From the NCBI GenBank assembly GCA_010093815.1, contig ML996568.1: 64,000 nt of DNA; one strand, given 5' to 3'. The notes beneath the pieces are model-generated. The model was not told the DNA's origin, searched no databases, and saw nothing but the letters and a program-made list of their open reading frames with translations. Below are positions 48,957-62,996 of this stretch, in pieces. Positions within the stretch are counted from its first letter, which is position 1, and each line of letters starts with the position of its first letter. The DNA is from Pseudovirgaria hyperparasitica. Its lineage: Eukaryota. The translations under genes were made by a program, and so were the position numbers.

Positions 48957-50345
48957 TCACAAATCATTCGCCTCACAAACCAGCATCTCCAAAATAGTTC
49001 GATCCGTACTATCGACCTGCTGCTCAATATGCAACAGGCTAGTGATCCAACTACTCATCTCCACAACCACTGGCGCCTTTCCGAACTCCTCAAATGCATG
49101 ATCCACTTTGGACAGCTGATCATGGAACACACGATACAATACGCTCGCCTCACCTTTATGATACGGCGACATTTCCTTCCATTGCTCGATCGTACCTTGC
49201 TCGACGAGGCGGTATAGAACGCCGTACATGTGATCGTACGAGTCGCCGAGTCCGGCACGCTGTGTCTTGTGCCAGAGCCCTGTAGACGTTAACGGTGTCT
49301 CGAGGAAGCCGAGAATCCCGACGCCGTTGTTATATGCGAGATGAGCGTGGATGACGTGGGATGCAATGAGAGCATGGTGCTGGTTGTGCACGAGATGACT
49401 TTTCAGCGCCGCATCATCGGAATTATGGGCAAGTTCGGTGAGTATCTCTCGAAGAACATAAGCGCGGCGGTCTTCATCTCCAGGGAGCTTGTAGATCGTG
49501 ATAGTGTGACTACGCTCGATTGGACGGAGTTTGGTTGGGTCTGAAGCCATAGTGGAATGTTTGGGGCTAATTGTGAACTTGGGCTGCCGTGTTGCGGCGT
49601 CGTCAAAGTCTATGTCCAGGTCGAGGCTGGAGCTTGACAGTACGGTGCCAAAGCGGCGCTCGAATCTTTCGAGACGAGGTTGATCGCTGGGGGAGACATT
49701 CCTGGAACGTCTGCTATGACGAGGCTGAACAAAGCTGTTGTCGCTGGCGAACATTGGGTCCAGGTCGATTGGCGACGATGGGATGCAGATTTCGGTAACA
49801 TATTCAGGTCCAGGGCTTTCGATTGACGGTAAAGGTACTTCTCCCAGGTCCACAGAAAAATCACTACCTTTGGCCACATCCCCTAGCTTGATACAACGAT
49901 GATTAGTCACTTCAAGGCAGTCGTCTTCCTCGACTTCAGTTGCCTTTGCCGTACGGCAAGGCTTCCCGGGAAATACTTCCTTGGCGGGAGGAGTGAAACT
50001 ATCTCGCAGAATGCTAATCTTTTTTCGACTGACTCGCTTGATACTGGTCGTACCATCTGTTTTCTCACGAAGAATGTTGCGACAGTCGACATCTGCACGG
50101 TTAATGGTGCGTGCTTCGTCTGCGAGTACATCACCATACGTGCGCTTTATTTGAGCCGGGACTTTTTCTGATACACAGATATTATTTGATAACGCTCGAA
50201 GTGCAGGGCGAGAGGAAACAGGGCGTAGTGCGCCGTAACGGGGGTGCTGATGAGCTTTCTTGGGTGGTGAGGGTGGTTGGCTTGGAAGGAGCTGGTTCTC
50301 GATGTCGCTAGACGTGTAGAACGGGGTCTCCGGCTGAGATGCCAT
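48957..50345 (-). CDS. Hypothetical protein (462 aa) with a disordered N-terminal half and helical C-terminal domain
   Basis: Intronless ATG-initiated long ORF. No family recognised. Confidence 0.75.
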   Translation of the reverse strand: MASQPETPFYTSSDIENQLLPSQPPSPPKKAHQHPRYGALRPVSSRPALRALSNNICVSEKVPAQIKRTYGDVLADEARTINRADVDCRNILREKTDGTTSIKRVSRKKISILRDSFTPPAKEVFPGKPCRTAKATEVEEDDCLEVTNHRCIKLGDVAKGSDFSVDLGEVPLPSIESPGPEYVTEICIPSSPIDLDPMFASDNSFVQPRHSRRSRNVSPSDQPRLERFERRFGTVLSSSSLDLDIDFDDAATRQPKFTISPKHSTMASDPTKLRPIERSHTITIYKLPGDEDRRAYVLREILTELAHNSDDAALKSHLVHNQHHALIASHVIHAHLAYNNGVGILGFLETPLTSTGLWHKTQRAGLGDSYDHMYGVLYRLVEQGTIEQWKEMSPYHKGEASVLYRVFHDQLSKVDHAFEEFGKAPVVVEMSSWITSLLHIEQQVDSTDRTILEMLVCEANDL

Positions 50346-50847
50346 TATCGATGATGATGGAAGAATATTCGCAGGTACTGCCTTTAATGGTCAGCGTTCT
50401 AGACATGTAGATGTCGGAGAGTCGTTTGAACCTGCGAAAACTTTTTCTCTAATCCCAAGTCGAATGTCTAGGATGCTGTCATAAGTTGGATGATGAAAGC
50501 TTGGGAGATTTCATGACGAGGACTAATACCTAAAACTGACATATACGGAGACCATACACGGAGTATATCAGGAAGTAGTGAGGGATTCCGAAGAGCAACT
50601 TCGATGACCTACTATCGCACCTTCTATTCCATAAAATGAGGAGAAGTCACTGCGTCCCAACTATGGCTCGATGACAAGTCTTCAACTGTACTTAAACAAT
50701 CATACACCTCGCAAAGAATGATCTCCTTCCATCTTGTGGACCCCCAGAGGCTTGTGACCCATTCTTGTTGACTAGTATTACACTGCCGGGAGCACTGATA
50801 TTTATTGTCTACAGCAAATCTTTCAAACATTTGCGATCCGAACATAT

Positions 50848-51723
50848 ATGGCGCCGAACGCCATGCATTACCTTTACCAAGCCGGTCCAAGTACCAGAGA
50901 TCGCAAAAGGTATATCACTTTCGTTCTGCATGACAACGATGGCAAGGAGATGAAATCTTATATCGACATACCGATCAAAAGCTTAGAAGACCTCAACGAA
51001 AAAGTGTTTTGGCTCAACAGACTCGTAAAGCATGACTTTCCGCACGCTCTTCACGTTGATGGTCACCTAGTTTTCAAGGGCGAGAGTTTGGGCAAGAGGG
51101 GCTGGGTTTCGCAGCTATTTATACCAGATCTCAACCCAGAATTGCCGATAAAATGCATTCTGGACAAGATCCCGACATGCCTGGAACTGTCTGTCCGGTT
51201 TCCTCACTATCAAAAGTTTCGTTTATTTATCCTGACAGATGTGCAACGGGCCCGAGAACGGAGTTCAGGCACATGCAGCCAGGATGTGCTCCCAAGCATA
51301 TGCTTCCGCCTTGTCAAGAGCCGATCGCACGCCCATTATTGGCGGACTCAGTTGGAACAGCTGAAGGAGAAGGTTATAGACATCGAGGGAGGAACAGCCC
51401 CTGAACTTGACTTCACGCGAGCAGTCTTGAGCATAGTTCCGCGCACCGAACAAGCTTATTGGTCTTTCCGTCTTGGGAATGCAGATCCACATGACGATAC
51501 TGGGATATCTTCCTTCTCGTTTAACAGAACATTACTAAGAAATGATGGAGTATATGAGAAATTTGATGAAACCGATCAGGTAGTCTTCGTGTTAGAGCAA
51601 CAGGCAATGCGGAACGGACAAATAATGTACGCCGACTACTACACCGGTAACACGAACGGATTGACCAATAGAGACTATAGACCATCGGCTGATATCTATG
51701 AAAGTCAGCCAGACGCATGGTGA
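50848..51723 (+). CDS. Hypothetical protein (291 aa)
   Basis: Intronless ORF with complex, globular-like composition. No family recognised. Confidence 0.6.
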   Translation: MAPNAMHYLYQAGPSTRDRKRYITFVLHDNDGKEMKSYIDIPIKSLEDLNEKVFWLNRLVKHDFPHALHVDGHLVFKGESLGKRGWVSQLFIPDLNPELPIKCILDKIPTCLELSVRFPHYQKFRLFILTDVQRARERSSGTCSQDVLPSICFRLVKSRSHAHYWRTQLEQLKEKVIDIEGGTAPELDFTRAVLSIVPRTEQAYWSFRLGNADPHDDTGISSFSFNRTLLRNDGVYEKFDETDQVVFVLEQQAMRNGQIMYADYYTGNTNGLTNRDYRPSADIYESQPDAW

Positions 51724-52805
51724 TCTTTGTATGATTTCGAGTATGGTCTCCGGGACCTCAAGGTGCTCCTCCTATTCTTTCAGACTCGCGAGCTTTGCTT
51801 CGTTTTGCCTTATACCAGATGTGGCTTTGGCACTTTTTAATGAAGCGTATGTTCTTGTATAGCTGAGCCTCTCAGTAGTCGTTGATACCGCATGAAACGT
51901 CCATTCTTCCTGTATCTAGAAGAGAATGAAGGTATTCTGCGGTCATAAGGAACTTGATGATGAGATAAAGCTCTACTCTCTTCTGATGGTGGTGTGCTGC
52001 GAGACCACTTGGTCATGGTAACAGTCCTTGAAAAAACTTTTGACCATCTAGTGTAAGTGCAAAGTGTGAGAATGCCACAAGTCCCATTTTGGACAGAAAC
52101 ACTTTCTGCGTGATGCTGGTATCTTGGTCAGAGGTGATGTCTTCCAATCTCGTACTAGCCTTGGACTGGCCCTTTTCCTGCTACTTGCCTGCGGTATGCA
52201 GCCAGGCTCTCGCTAACGTGGCTTACTTCTTACACAACAAAGATGTTTGGTATACAGTCATGGGACGACTCACGGCTCAACACTTACCTTACAGCCAGTA
52301 CAACGCGTGCCTTGGATCACACATGCAGTGCATCATGTCTAGAACGAACTATCCGGATGCGAACACCTACAGAACGCCAGCCCCCGATGGCATGGCTTTG
52401 GAGACAGCCATACTGTAGTATCGTGACTGTGAAGATCTCTAGACATGCATGCTCAAGTACACAAGACAGCGACTGACGGTTAACAGTAATTGAACATTAG
52501 CCTAGCGCTGCTGCTTCCAATAGTTTTTTTATATTGCAGTGTTGGCAAATCAATGCCTCAGTACTATAGTCTTCATTTTTTTTTACATCTAATACATGTA
52601 GATGAGCTAGTGTTGTGACCTTACATATGAAGCTACTACAAGACTTTTTAATCGGAGCGACATCAATGTCCAATTATTTGACGCGTAAGGTATACTGCTC
52701 CCTTCCTGTATCGTAACGTCTCAAGACAACATACTCCAGGTCTAGGCAGTCGCTTATCGTAATAACCGGATTGTCCGCTGTGTTTCATCTGGCGAGACCG
52801 TGTGT

Positions 52806-55800
52806 TTATTTCCTAGGCAAGTCTCGGAACACCTTCTTGAATATATCACGCCCCTTATAGAGATTGAGCAATCTGAGACGCTCATTGTCAAGATGAGCGC
52901 TATCACTAGCCTGTCCGATAGGTAAATGAGCTGCTGGTGCTCCAAACTCCTTTTCTAGAAACCGAATGGTAGGTATACTGCCTCCTTCGCGGATATACAA
53001 GGGTTTTCGTGCACGCATTGGTGCCTGTGCGGATGTCCCAGTTGGCGAAAGGATTACTGGGCTGTCGGGGGGTGTAACACTTCCATGAGCTAAAGTATTT
53101 GATGTGGTAGGACCAGTAGACGTCACAGGACGAGAAGGTGGACTCGTCAAGGAGCTAGGAGCAGCCGGCCTGGTGACAAGTGAAGAGCGGCGCCGACCAT
53201 AGATCGGCCCCCAGACTTCCATGATGGCAGCCTCAAGTGTTTTAAAGATGGCATTGTGGACGTCACCTAGCCAAGGTTCTGCTTGGTGGTCTATGGTAAT
53301 GGTAAGAGTGTTTTTTGTCTCCAGTTTGCTGAATTCTTTATGAAGGTATTCGATGAGAGATTTTACGATGACATGCGACTCTTGGTTTGGAACAAGCCGA
53401 AGAGAGAGTGCAGATCGTGCAAGATGTGGAATGATGGTCGAATTATTTGGGCCTGAGGTCTTGAAGCCATGGAACGTGAGTGAAGGATCTCGCCACCGTC
53501 GCATGAGGGAGTCGGCAAGTTCTTCGGAATCGCCAAGGTCTGGATTGCGCTCCAAGAGCACTTTGGTGATTTCATCGTAAAGAGCCCTTTCATCGCGCGT
53601 AACAGCCATGATAGGATCGTAGAACCCTGGAATTAGGACAGACCCCTTTTCTCCTGTCAACTTTGACAGAAGTAGCACCAGATCTTTCAGAGGTTCATCT
53701 AAGCGGGAGCTCCCGTCTACGCCACTATGTAAATCTGGGTGGTTGCTCTCGATCTGGACAGAAGCATGTATCACACCACGTAGACCATATGTCAAGCACG
53801 GAACATGATCGTCCAGCCAGTAGCTATTGGCCAATAATATCCAGTCGATATCGCCGACGAGGCTCTTATTGTCTTGGATGGTCTTGGAGAACCCACGTGA
53901 GCCGCACTCCTCTTCTCCCTCGATCAGAAATACGATGTCTGCCTCCAGAGCCTTCTCCGAGACCAATTCTGCGACAGCGTAGATCGCTGCCATGATAGGG
54001 CCTTTGTTGTCGGAAACACCGCGTCCGTAAAGGTGGCCATCAATCCCTTCCAAAGAGAACGGATCCATGAGCCATTTTCCTTTCTCGTTCTCGGCTGCGA
54101 TAACGTCGTAATGGCCATAGAACAGAATCTTCTTACGTTGCGCGGCAGTTGCTGCGTTGCCTCGAAATTTTGCGAGGATTATGGGATTGTACCCATCGTC
54201 AGCGTTGAGCATATGTGTTGCGGCGCCAAAGTTACGAAACAAGGCGCGTAACCACGATGCTCCTCTCCGACAGTCGCCCTTGTATCGGGCATCCGATGAT
54301 ACGGTACGATAGGACACGAATGCCCTCAGCGAATCGAACAATTGCTCTGCCGCTGTTAGATATTATCACCCAAGACCGCTTCGAAGCTTACCATTGGTGG
54401 TTCTAAGCCCTGTGGCTTGGGTGCGATGACAATCGCTAACGTCCCATACAGAGACGGTGCTATCATTGCCTCCAGTCACATACATCGCTTTTCCTTTATG
54501 TATCGTGAAGGCTGAGCTTAGTACTAGACCTGCATGTGATTTGAAGTGTGCGACAGGCTCATATTGAGAGTTGAATTTCTAGACTGCATTAGCAATGTTT
54601 TGCTGCCTCGTTCTTCGGTGGCTGCCTCACCTCCACGACCCCATCCATGCCAGCACTAAATAGATAGCCACCCCCGATGGTCAAGGTAAGGACGTCCCCA
54701 ATGGTGGTCTTCAGATTTCGAACCAATTGACGAGTCTCCAGGTCCCACACATTTATCTCACCTCCGAGTCTTCCGCTATATAGGAACATTCCGTCAAGTG
54801 CGATTGTCAAGACGGAATGGCCTTCCTCTCTTCCATCATCTAGCTGTCCAAGGCTACGCAAAGCCCCGCTGTTGTCTGCGTCTAATCGCCAGAGCTTGAT
54901 CGCACCATCTCCGCCGCCTGAAATGAGAACTTCTTCACCTCGGTAGCCAAATATACTTCCTGCAGCAAGTAGCATACAGTATACATAGCCGAAATGGGCA
55001 TATTGGCGTATATAGTGCTTGTCAATTTCTAACGACAGACTGCCCTTTGTATCCCTAGGCCGCTCGGAGGAACACTGCCGAGGTGTGCGTACACCACCAG
55101 GCCCAGAGGAATCGAAGAATCGATCTTGTCGGAATGATGGATGTGCAGAGGGTTTTGGGCGAGGTCGAGATTCTTTCTCTTTCAAGTCATACCACTATCG
55201 ACGCCGTTAGTGCTGCCTGAAGGAGCTCGCAAGACGACATCTACCTGTATACTGGTATTTTGAGCCCCGAGATAAACCACTTGCAAGTCGGCGGAGTATG
55301 TTACACAAAAAACATCACCTGTGTCGTAGGTAGAATAGATGGAGTATAGTAGGGTCAATGTACTCGTGTCCCAAACCTGTGCAAGTTAGCACTGTGTTGA
55401 GCTTCTGAGCGAGCAGTGTCAATACGTTGACTGTTCGATCTCCAGAGCTGGAGAACAAGAGTGTATAGTCCGAGGACAGGGCAAGCCCCAATACGCTGCT
55501 GCTATGGCCCACGAGGACAGCTTCGCGTTCGAAGGTATCTAATCGATAGACCTTTGTGTGTCAGCCACACTCGGCGCGTGGAATATACTCATGCGTACTA
55601 ATATCTCCCCACGATGTGCTCCGGCGTATATGCGATCTTTCGAGACTGCCATGCAAAGGACCGATTTGTCATGTCGCATGCGATGGAACAGCGACGGCTT
55701 GTATCGATTGTCGCCATTACTGTGGAGGGAAGGTGAAGCCAGGCCATTGGCAACTTCGACTCTTGCGCCATGCTGCTCATCAATATCTTGCGAGTCTGTT

Positions 55801-55832
55801 AGCACCAGTAGCGCGGGATCAGAGCTGGACAT
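52806..55832 (-). CDS. DUG2: Glutathione degradosome subunit Dug2 (WD40 repeats plus M20 peptidase domain), ~6 exons
   Basis: N-terminal WD40 repeats (GHSSSVL, SGGGDGAIKLW) fused to M20 motifs FYGHYDV, GRGVSDNKGP, EGEEECGS, DLHSG, REGGSIP and AHLDNER. Confidence 0.93.
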
Positions 55833-57457
55833 GGGTTGAAGAAAGATGAATATGAAGAAGTGTGTCCATGATCGCAGTCAATTAGGGTCTGTTGGGTGGA
55901 GGCCAGCTTAGCTGTGTGGTTTGGCGCGGCCGACGACCATCCCTCATTCCCCACATCCACCAGCTAACCAGCGACCACAAGGCAGTGTAGTGGTAGGTAG
56001 TGTGGTAGTGTAGAATACCTCACCCACGCCAATGTCAAGTGGACGCCAATGCCAACGACACCCACGCGAGGCTGTGGATCCCCGGTTTGCGGCCATGTGA
56101 GTTGGAAAGGCGCGGGCCGCGACAACCCAGTATCATCGACACAACACAACAACGACATCATTATAGAGCCACAGATATCGCGTCCTGTCTGATCTCCAAG
56201 CGCGACAGAAAAAGATAACAAAATACAGAAACCACTCACCTGTCTCAGAGGTCGATGGCAGACGCTTTTGCGGTTTCATCTTCGAGTGTCCTGCGCTCTT
56301 CGTGGTTCGTCCTTCGGTGCACATATTTTCTACGCCGTCTTTGCTCTCTATTCGTCCACTCACCACGGAGAGCGACGAACAGCTCAGTGCTCTGATGACG
56401 TCTGGTCTCAATGTTGGCCTCTGGGTGCGTTCATCTGCATGTCGAAGGCTGTCGTGGCCGGCTCCTGCATGGTGGTAGGCGTCTGAAGTAGTACGAGGAT
56501 CTGAATGTAGGGAGCGATTTGAGGTAATGGTTGTTATGCTCGTCATTTCGAAACCAAAAGAAGCGGCCCTTCCGCCGACTGGATGGCAGCCGATGACGAG
56601 CGATGGTGGAATTATGGCGAATACACGACTTCCTCTTCAGGGGTGGAATCCTGCAGAGTCGGGGTGATGTTTGAGCAAAGTATATATAGGAAAGGCGGTC
56701 AGTCTCCTCCTGGTTGTTTAGACTCCTGGGTCATCTCTTGTTAGAAGATGCGGCGACAGCTCGTTGTTCAGACAGCCACAGTGCTAACCATCTGCGAACT
56801 CGCCTTGAGTGACTGGTCATATGCAGTTAAGCTCACACGGTCATGGATGCAAGTACAATGACCAAATGTCAGTGGAAGTCACCGTCTTGTGTCTACTAAC
56901 ATCAATAGGTGGTTGGTAGGTGTGCTCCCTTTGCGATGCCGTGCCTCCTGGTTGCTAGAATATCTGGTATCAAGTCCGCGAATAGCATTAGAAAATGACT
57001 CACCTGCACAAATAAAGCTATCATGTTTGTCTTCGATCAAGCGAACGCTCAACTACGGTCCCCACAACCTGGATCGAGGATCAGGGCTAACATACCTTGA
57101 GCACAACACAACATGTTGAAATCATTCGTCGCTTCATAGGTGCATGAACATGACTTGGTGCACTGTTGTGAACGTTTGTAAAACACAATGATTACAAGTC
57201 CTGCCTACTTCGTTAACAATCATAGTGTCACATCGTAGACGCTTGGATCTTTCATCGGGTGCCTATTATCGAAACGAGAATCCAGACATAGTGTTGTAGC
57301 AGCGATATCGCACGAGGGTGTTCCCGAACTACCATTTTTGCCCATGCATGGATGGGCATGGATATTCTACCAGCGATCCACACAAACATATCCGAATATT
57401 GCCATTGCTCGACCCTGGTCATATCGCTGAACGGATTCTCTCCCCGTTGTGTCAAGC

Positions 57458-57511
57458 TCAATGTCGTCTTGCAACTAGACACAATCAATGTCGTCTTGCA
57501 ACTAGACACAA
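57458..57511. repeat. Perfect tandem duplication, 2 x 27 bp
   Basis: tcaatgtcgtcttgcaactagacacaa occurs twice in succession. Confidence 0.9.
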
Positions 57512-58924
57512 TGTACATGGTGGCGCGGACGAATTACGAATGTGCAAGTCGTACAGTTCTGTCATGCTTAAATCGGCACGGGTACCGTAAGGCTATTATG
57601 GCGGTTGCAAACACTGTTTCACAGGCCGACCGTCGTTGTTCATAGTGCTTCGGAAGTGTCCCCGAATTACTCGATTCAGCAGTAAATTTGTCAGTGACAG
57701 TGAATGTCCCTGTTTCAGACACCGTGTCTGGTAACACAAGGCGCGCAAGGGCTCCCGTGCCAGGATCTTTCCTTTCTCACAAGATATACATCCTCAATAT
57801 TACTTATAAAGGGTAAGGCATGTCTGACAAAACTGCTGTGTACCCAGGACTGGCCATGACTAGCTAGGCGCCACAGTCAGTCTGAGCCTCATCCACACAG
57901 CCACAGTCCAGTGTCTTCGACTTTCGTGGCGTGCAATCTGGAATTTTCTAATTGATGTTGTAGCCTGTACGGAGCTGAAAACGAGGTATTTGAGGGACGA
58001 GAGTCTCGGAAAGACGCGCAATTTCGCGCATACATGCCATGAATCCGTGACGCCATGATGCCATATGCCATGCTAAAGCGGCGGTTGACAGCTGGCAGTG
58101 CTGCCAGTGTGCATTGTTCTCGCCATCGCCATCGCCATCACTGTCGCCATCGCCCTCGATCGGCCGAGCCGCCTGCGCGAGAAACATGGCTCCGGGAATC
58201 TTGTATAACCACGTCCAAGGGTAGAGCCACGTAGATGATGCCGTCGATGTCATAGGGGCATGAAAAAAGAAAGGCCAAACGATATCAATAGTATGAGCAT
58301 TCTCTGTATAGATGGCAGCCTTCATGGAGCAGCGACAGAAAGCCAATGGGACAGTAGCGACTGCGTGGAATGATAAAAGCGCGGGCGAGACGCTGGTCAA
58401 ATCGCAAGCGACCACATCAACCTCCTGCACGACCAGCCACCCGGACTTCCATTTGTCGGCGCCTGACAGCAATAATACTCGCCGTATCGAGCCCGAGACC
58501 TACAAGTACCACTACAAAGTCACGCGAACCACGAAGCGTGTACTGCTCTGGGTGGTTCGCCAGTGCTTTCGCAACAAGCCTAGCCCCGCTGTATCCCTAT
58601 CACTGGTCTACAAAGTACCTCTCTCCATGCGCCCGCGACCATCATGGCTGCCACACTGTTACTATACTGAGCAAAGCCTCTCGACTGCTGCCTCTTAACA
58701 GAGAGGGCCTCCTGGCCGGCTCTGTTCATCCGTCACATCCATACACATACCCACGGTGCTGGGCACTTGTCTCCTCACCGCTCCGTCTCGGGTACCATCA
58801 CATCAGCCCTTGCCTGTTACTTGGTCACTCACACAGGACCCCCTACTGCGATCGTGTGTCCGTCTCAAGCCTCACAGGCTTGGCTTACTTGTTCAGGGTA
58901 CAAAGCCTCATCTGAAACATCACC

Positions 58925-60188
58925 ATGGCGGGAAACACAATGGGTCAGACCGTGACGGTGGTCAACCAGTCAGGAAAAATTATCAAGGAGGCAAGCATAC
59001 CGCGAATGCATATTGGTACTTTCGCTTACAAGGGCATAGAGCAAGCATCTCATCAACGTATTCAGAGAGGCAAGAGCTGCGTATCGCGAGCGTAAAGCAG
59101 AGATCAAGGCTGTCCGCGATGTCGACTACGAACAACGAAAAGCACAACGGGCTCTCAAATCAATGACACTCGAAGACGACGACGCAGTCTCACGAGCTCC
59201 TTCCAAAGCTTCACGCACACGTTCTCGGGCCGACTCGAAGGCATCAGGGGTCCGACGTTCGAAAACACATCACCATCACACGCGAAAGCCGTCAGTGGAA
59301 CGAGGCACACCGGACAACTTCTACGAGAATGATGGGAGAGACGATATACCGTTACGGAAACAACTGGCCCGGAGACACACAGAGGGGATTATAGTACCAC
59401 CCAAGAAGGCTTCGCGCAGGTACTCCGAGGATGATATCGATATGGATCTAGCATATGGAGACCTGCCTCCACCACTGCCGGTTGCACGAAGAGTAGACGA
59501 GGACGAGCTGCGCGCTAAGGCGTCCAAGCTCACCATGTTACTCGATGAAGCAAACTGCTTACAATACTCCGTGACGACTATGATAGAGAACCTGCAGACG
59601 AATCCAGATAAGCTAGCAGCTGTAGCTCTTACTCTGGCGGAGATAAGCGGGCTTATCAGTAAATTGGCTCCAGGTGTGCTTGGTAGCCTCAAAGTCAGCT
59701 TTCCCGCCGTGGTAGCCCTTCTTGCTAGTCCGCAGTTTCTCATTGCCGCCGGTGTGGGTGTCGGTCTCACTGTGGTGTCACTTGGTGGTTTCAAGGTCAT
59801 CAAGAAGATTAAGGCTGAACAGGAAGTCGCCAGAGAGCTCGAGTCACCATTAGAGCTTGACGAGCTCGAAGCACCGGAGCTCAGCCGTATCGAAATGTGG
59901 AGAAGAGGCATCGCGGACGTAGAGGCCGATAGTAAAGGTACAACTGTCGACGGCGAATTCATAACGCCTGGTGCATCACGTCACCTGATAGCCGAAGGTG
60001 TCCTGGAGGAGGATCGGAAGTCCCGCAGATCCAAGGCACCAAAATCAGTACGAAGTGCAAAGACATCGAAAACGTCTCGAACTGCAAAATCATCAAGATC
60101 TACCCACTCAAAGAGCGGAGACTACCCTGGCGAGAAGAAAAGGACCAAAGTTAAACAACCTAGCGGTTTACGCCTGCTTTTTTCGTAA
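58925..60188 (+). CDS. Hypothetical protein with a C-terminal hydrophobic segment (2 exons, GC-AG intron)
   Basis: Exon 1 (58925-58990; MAGNTMGQTVTVVNQSGKIIKE) joins through intron 58991-59039 to SKHLINVFREARAAY..., in frame with ORF 59163..60188. Confidence 0.8.
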
Positions 60189-61310
60189 CAGTATGCAATG
60201 TTGATCACTATTGGTCCGCGCCTGTGTCATATACAAGACGTGATCATGTACACTCGGAGCCGGGAATCGGAGTTTGGGTAAACGGTGTTTAGAACCTGTT
60301 TCTTGTTCCTGTCCAAACGGCATATGTTGTATTTTGTATCTGTGCCCATAACAGCATGTCGATTCCGAGGACTCACTCTCAATGTTAGATGCCGATAGAA
60401 GCACGATACGTATCGATCAGGATTACATGAGACCAAGATGAATCTGCGCATAGCTAATGTCTTGTACCATATGAAGAGACGGCTCGCGTACAAATGACGC
60501 CATGGCTACGTACAAACGAGTCACCATAAGGCAGTGATACCTATTCATCAGCAGACGGAGTGAAGCTATCATCTAATCCGAATACGTTCGCGCACATCCA
60601 ACGCGAACACGAAGCCGAACAAGCGTGTCCGCCAAGTTCTTAATGAACGGCCTAAGATCAAAAGTATCCCCGCGTCGGTTTACTGGCCCGTCATCCTCAA
60701 GTCGCACTTAGAGTTCCGGGCGCGATGAGTTCGCATCATTTCTGGGGAAGTCGGACAGGGTGCGGACGTACAGCATCAACAACTCCTTGGAATGGAAAGA
60801 TTGCCCTCCCCAGCACAGATACATATTGACAGGTGCGCACCAGTTTATCCTTTCTATATTCCACGACCTACGCAGCAACTGGGCAGAACGGATGTTCGTT
60901 TCCATTCCGGCGTGGCACCCTAGCGCTCACTGTCCAACCGCATCGCCGCACTTAGTGGCCTAGTGACTCCATAGATCGCCTCCATTAATGTCGCCCGCGG
61001 CGCGAGTCAGCTTCAGCGTCATCAACGAGATCGACAGTGCGACTCTTCAAACCGTTCTCTTTGCCGAGTTAGGTTCTGTGTACGCTCTGTTCAATACGAA
61101 ACCGAGAACCTGGCTTGGCTTCAACTAACCACGCATTCTCTATGGAACGCACTACGTACCACCGAGTCGTGGCTGGAATAATGTGGCATAAGGAATGTGA
61201 TATAAGATAGACGTTGCCCTGGAGGGCTATGGCGATTTTCACACCAATACAATACATAAATCTACGTTATTTGATCTGTGGCTTGGTTACATTGATATTC
61301 TGCGTTCACC

Positions 61311-62996
61311 ATGGCTATATCTTCCATTATCTTTCAATCACTCAAAAGTCCTGAGAATGCAGCGCTCCTTCTTCTACTATCAGTTAGTATACATTCATGC
61401 GTCTGGTGCCTTGCTGACCTTCCTAGATCACCATATATCTAGGTTCGATCGCAGTATACAACCTATACTTCCACCCCTTGGCCAAGTTTCCTGGTCCAAA
61501 ATGGCACGCTATCTCACATCTTGCCTACTGCCATAAGCTCATCCGCGGCACATGGCCGTTCGACGTGCTCCTCCTTCACGAGAAATACGGAGACGTTGTC
61601 CGCGTCGCGCCCAACGAACTCGCTTTCTCCACCCCTGAAGCCTGGAAGGACATCGCAGGTCACAGAACGGGCGGTGGCGAGGAGCTAAGCAAGTACGAGG
61701 GTTTCTATAAAATCAATCCGATCGAAGCCAGTAACATCGTCACCGCCTCTCGAGAGGAGCATGGCAAATTACGCCGCGAATTGGCGCACGGTTTCTCGGA
61801 AAAGAGCATGCGTGAGCAGGAGCCTATGATTGGAAAGTACATCGATCTTTTGATCCAGCGTCTCCACGAAAACTGTATCAAGGGCCCCGTGAATCTCGGC
61901 GCCTGGTATAACTTTACTACCTTCGATGTCATCGGCGACCTCGCCTTCGGCGAACCCTTCGGCTGTCTCGAAAGCTCCGAATATCACCCTTGGGTCAAAA
62001 TGATCCTTGAGTCTGCACGTCTCGGCACTGTCTTACAGGCCACCTACTACTTCCCCATCCTGAAATTCCTCCTCCTCCTAGTGCCCATATCAATCAAAGA
62101 ATCGTCTATGCGCGCCAGAGAGGCCGCACACCAGAAAGTCGCTAAACGGATTGAGAAAGGCTCGAGACCGGACTTGATCAACGGACTACTGTACTCGAAG
62201 CAGTCGCTTGGGCTGTCTATCGAACAGCTTGCAGAGAATGCGAACACGCTTGTCATCGCTGGCAGTGAGACGACGGCGACGCTGCTGTCGGGGGCGACCT
62301 TCCATATCCTGACGAATCCGGACGTGTTAGCGAAACTGACGGCGGAAGTGCGCTCAACATTCGCCAGTGACGACGAGATTGATATCATCAGCGTGGGAGG
62401 CCTGAAATATATGCTTGCGTGTCTGGACGAGGCTCTGAGGATGTATCCACCGGTACCCATTGGACTGCCAAGAATTACAGGGAAGGCTGGGGCGACTGTT
62501 TCTGGGGAATACTTACCTGCGGATGTAAGCCATGACGCGTCCCTATCTAGATCAAACAGTGGTACTGGGAAGACTGACGGCTTTGTGTAGACTGTTGTTG
62601 CTGTTTATCAGTGGGCATCGTACCACCGCTCCAAGTATTTCTCCAAGCCCATGGAATTCCACCCAGAGCGCTTCCTGGGCGCTGAGGAGTTTGCACACGA
62701 CAACAGGGAAATGCTGCAGCCTTTCTCCGTCGGACCAAGAAACTGTCTGGGCAGAAAGTAAGTTGTTCTTCTGTTCCGAACTTGTCGTGGTATGATTTAC
62801 TTACGAGTTCGCGCGTAGCCTGGCATATGCGGAGTCGCGACTGATCCTCGCACGTATGGTATTCAATTTCGACATGCGCATCGCAGATGAGAGCAAGGAT
62901 TGGAACCACGCCCAGAAGATATATTTTCTATGGCACAAGGGACCACTAATGGTGTACCTGACGCCGGTGAACAAGGATGTTAATAGGCATGCATAG
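61311..62996 (+). CDS. Cytochrome P450, CYP65/Tri11-like (4 exons)
   Basis: HPLAKFPGP, AGSETT I-helix, EALR, PERF and heme motif PFSVGPRNCLG. Confidence 0.93.
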
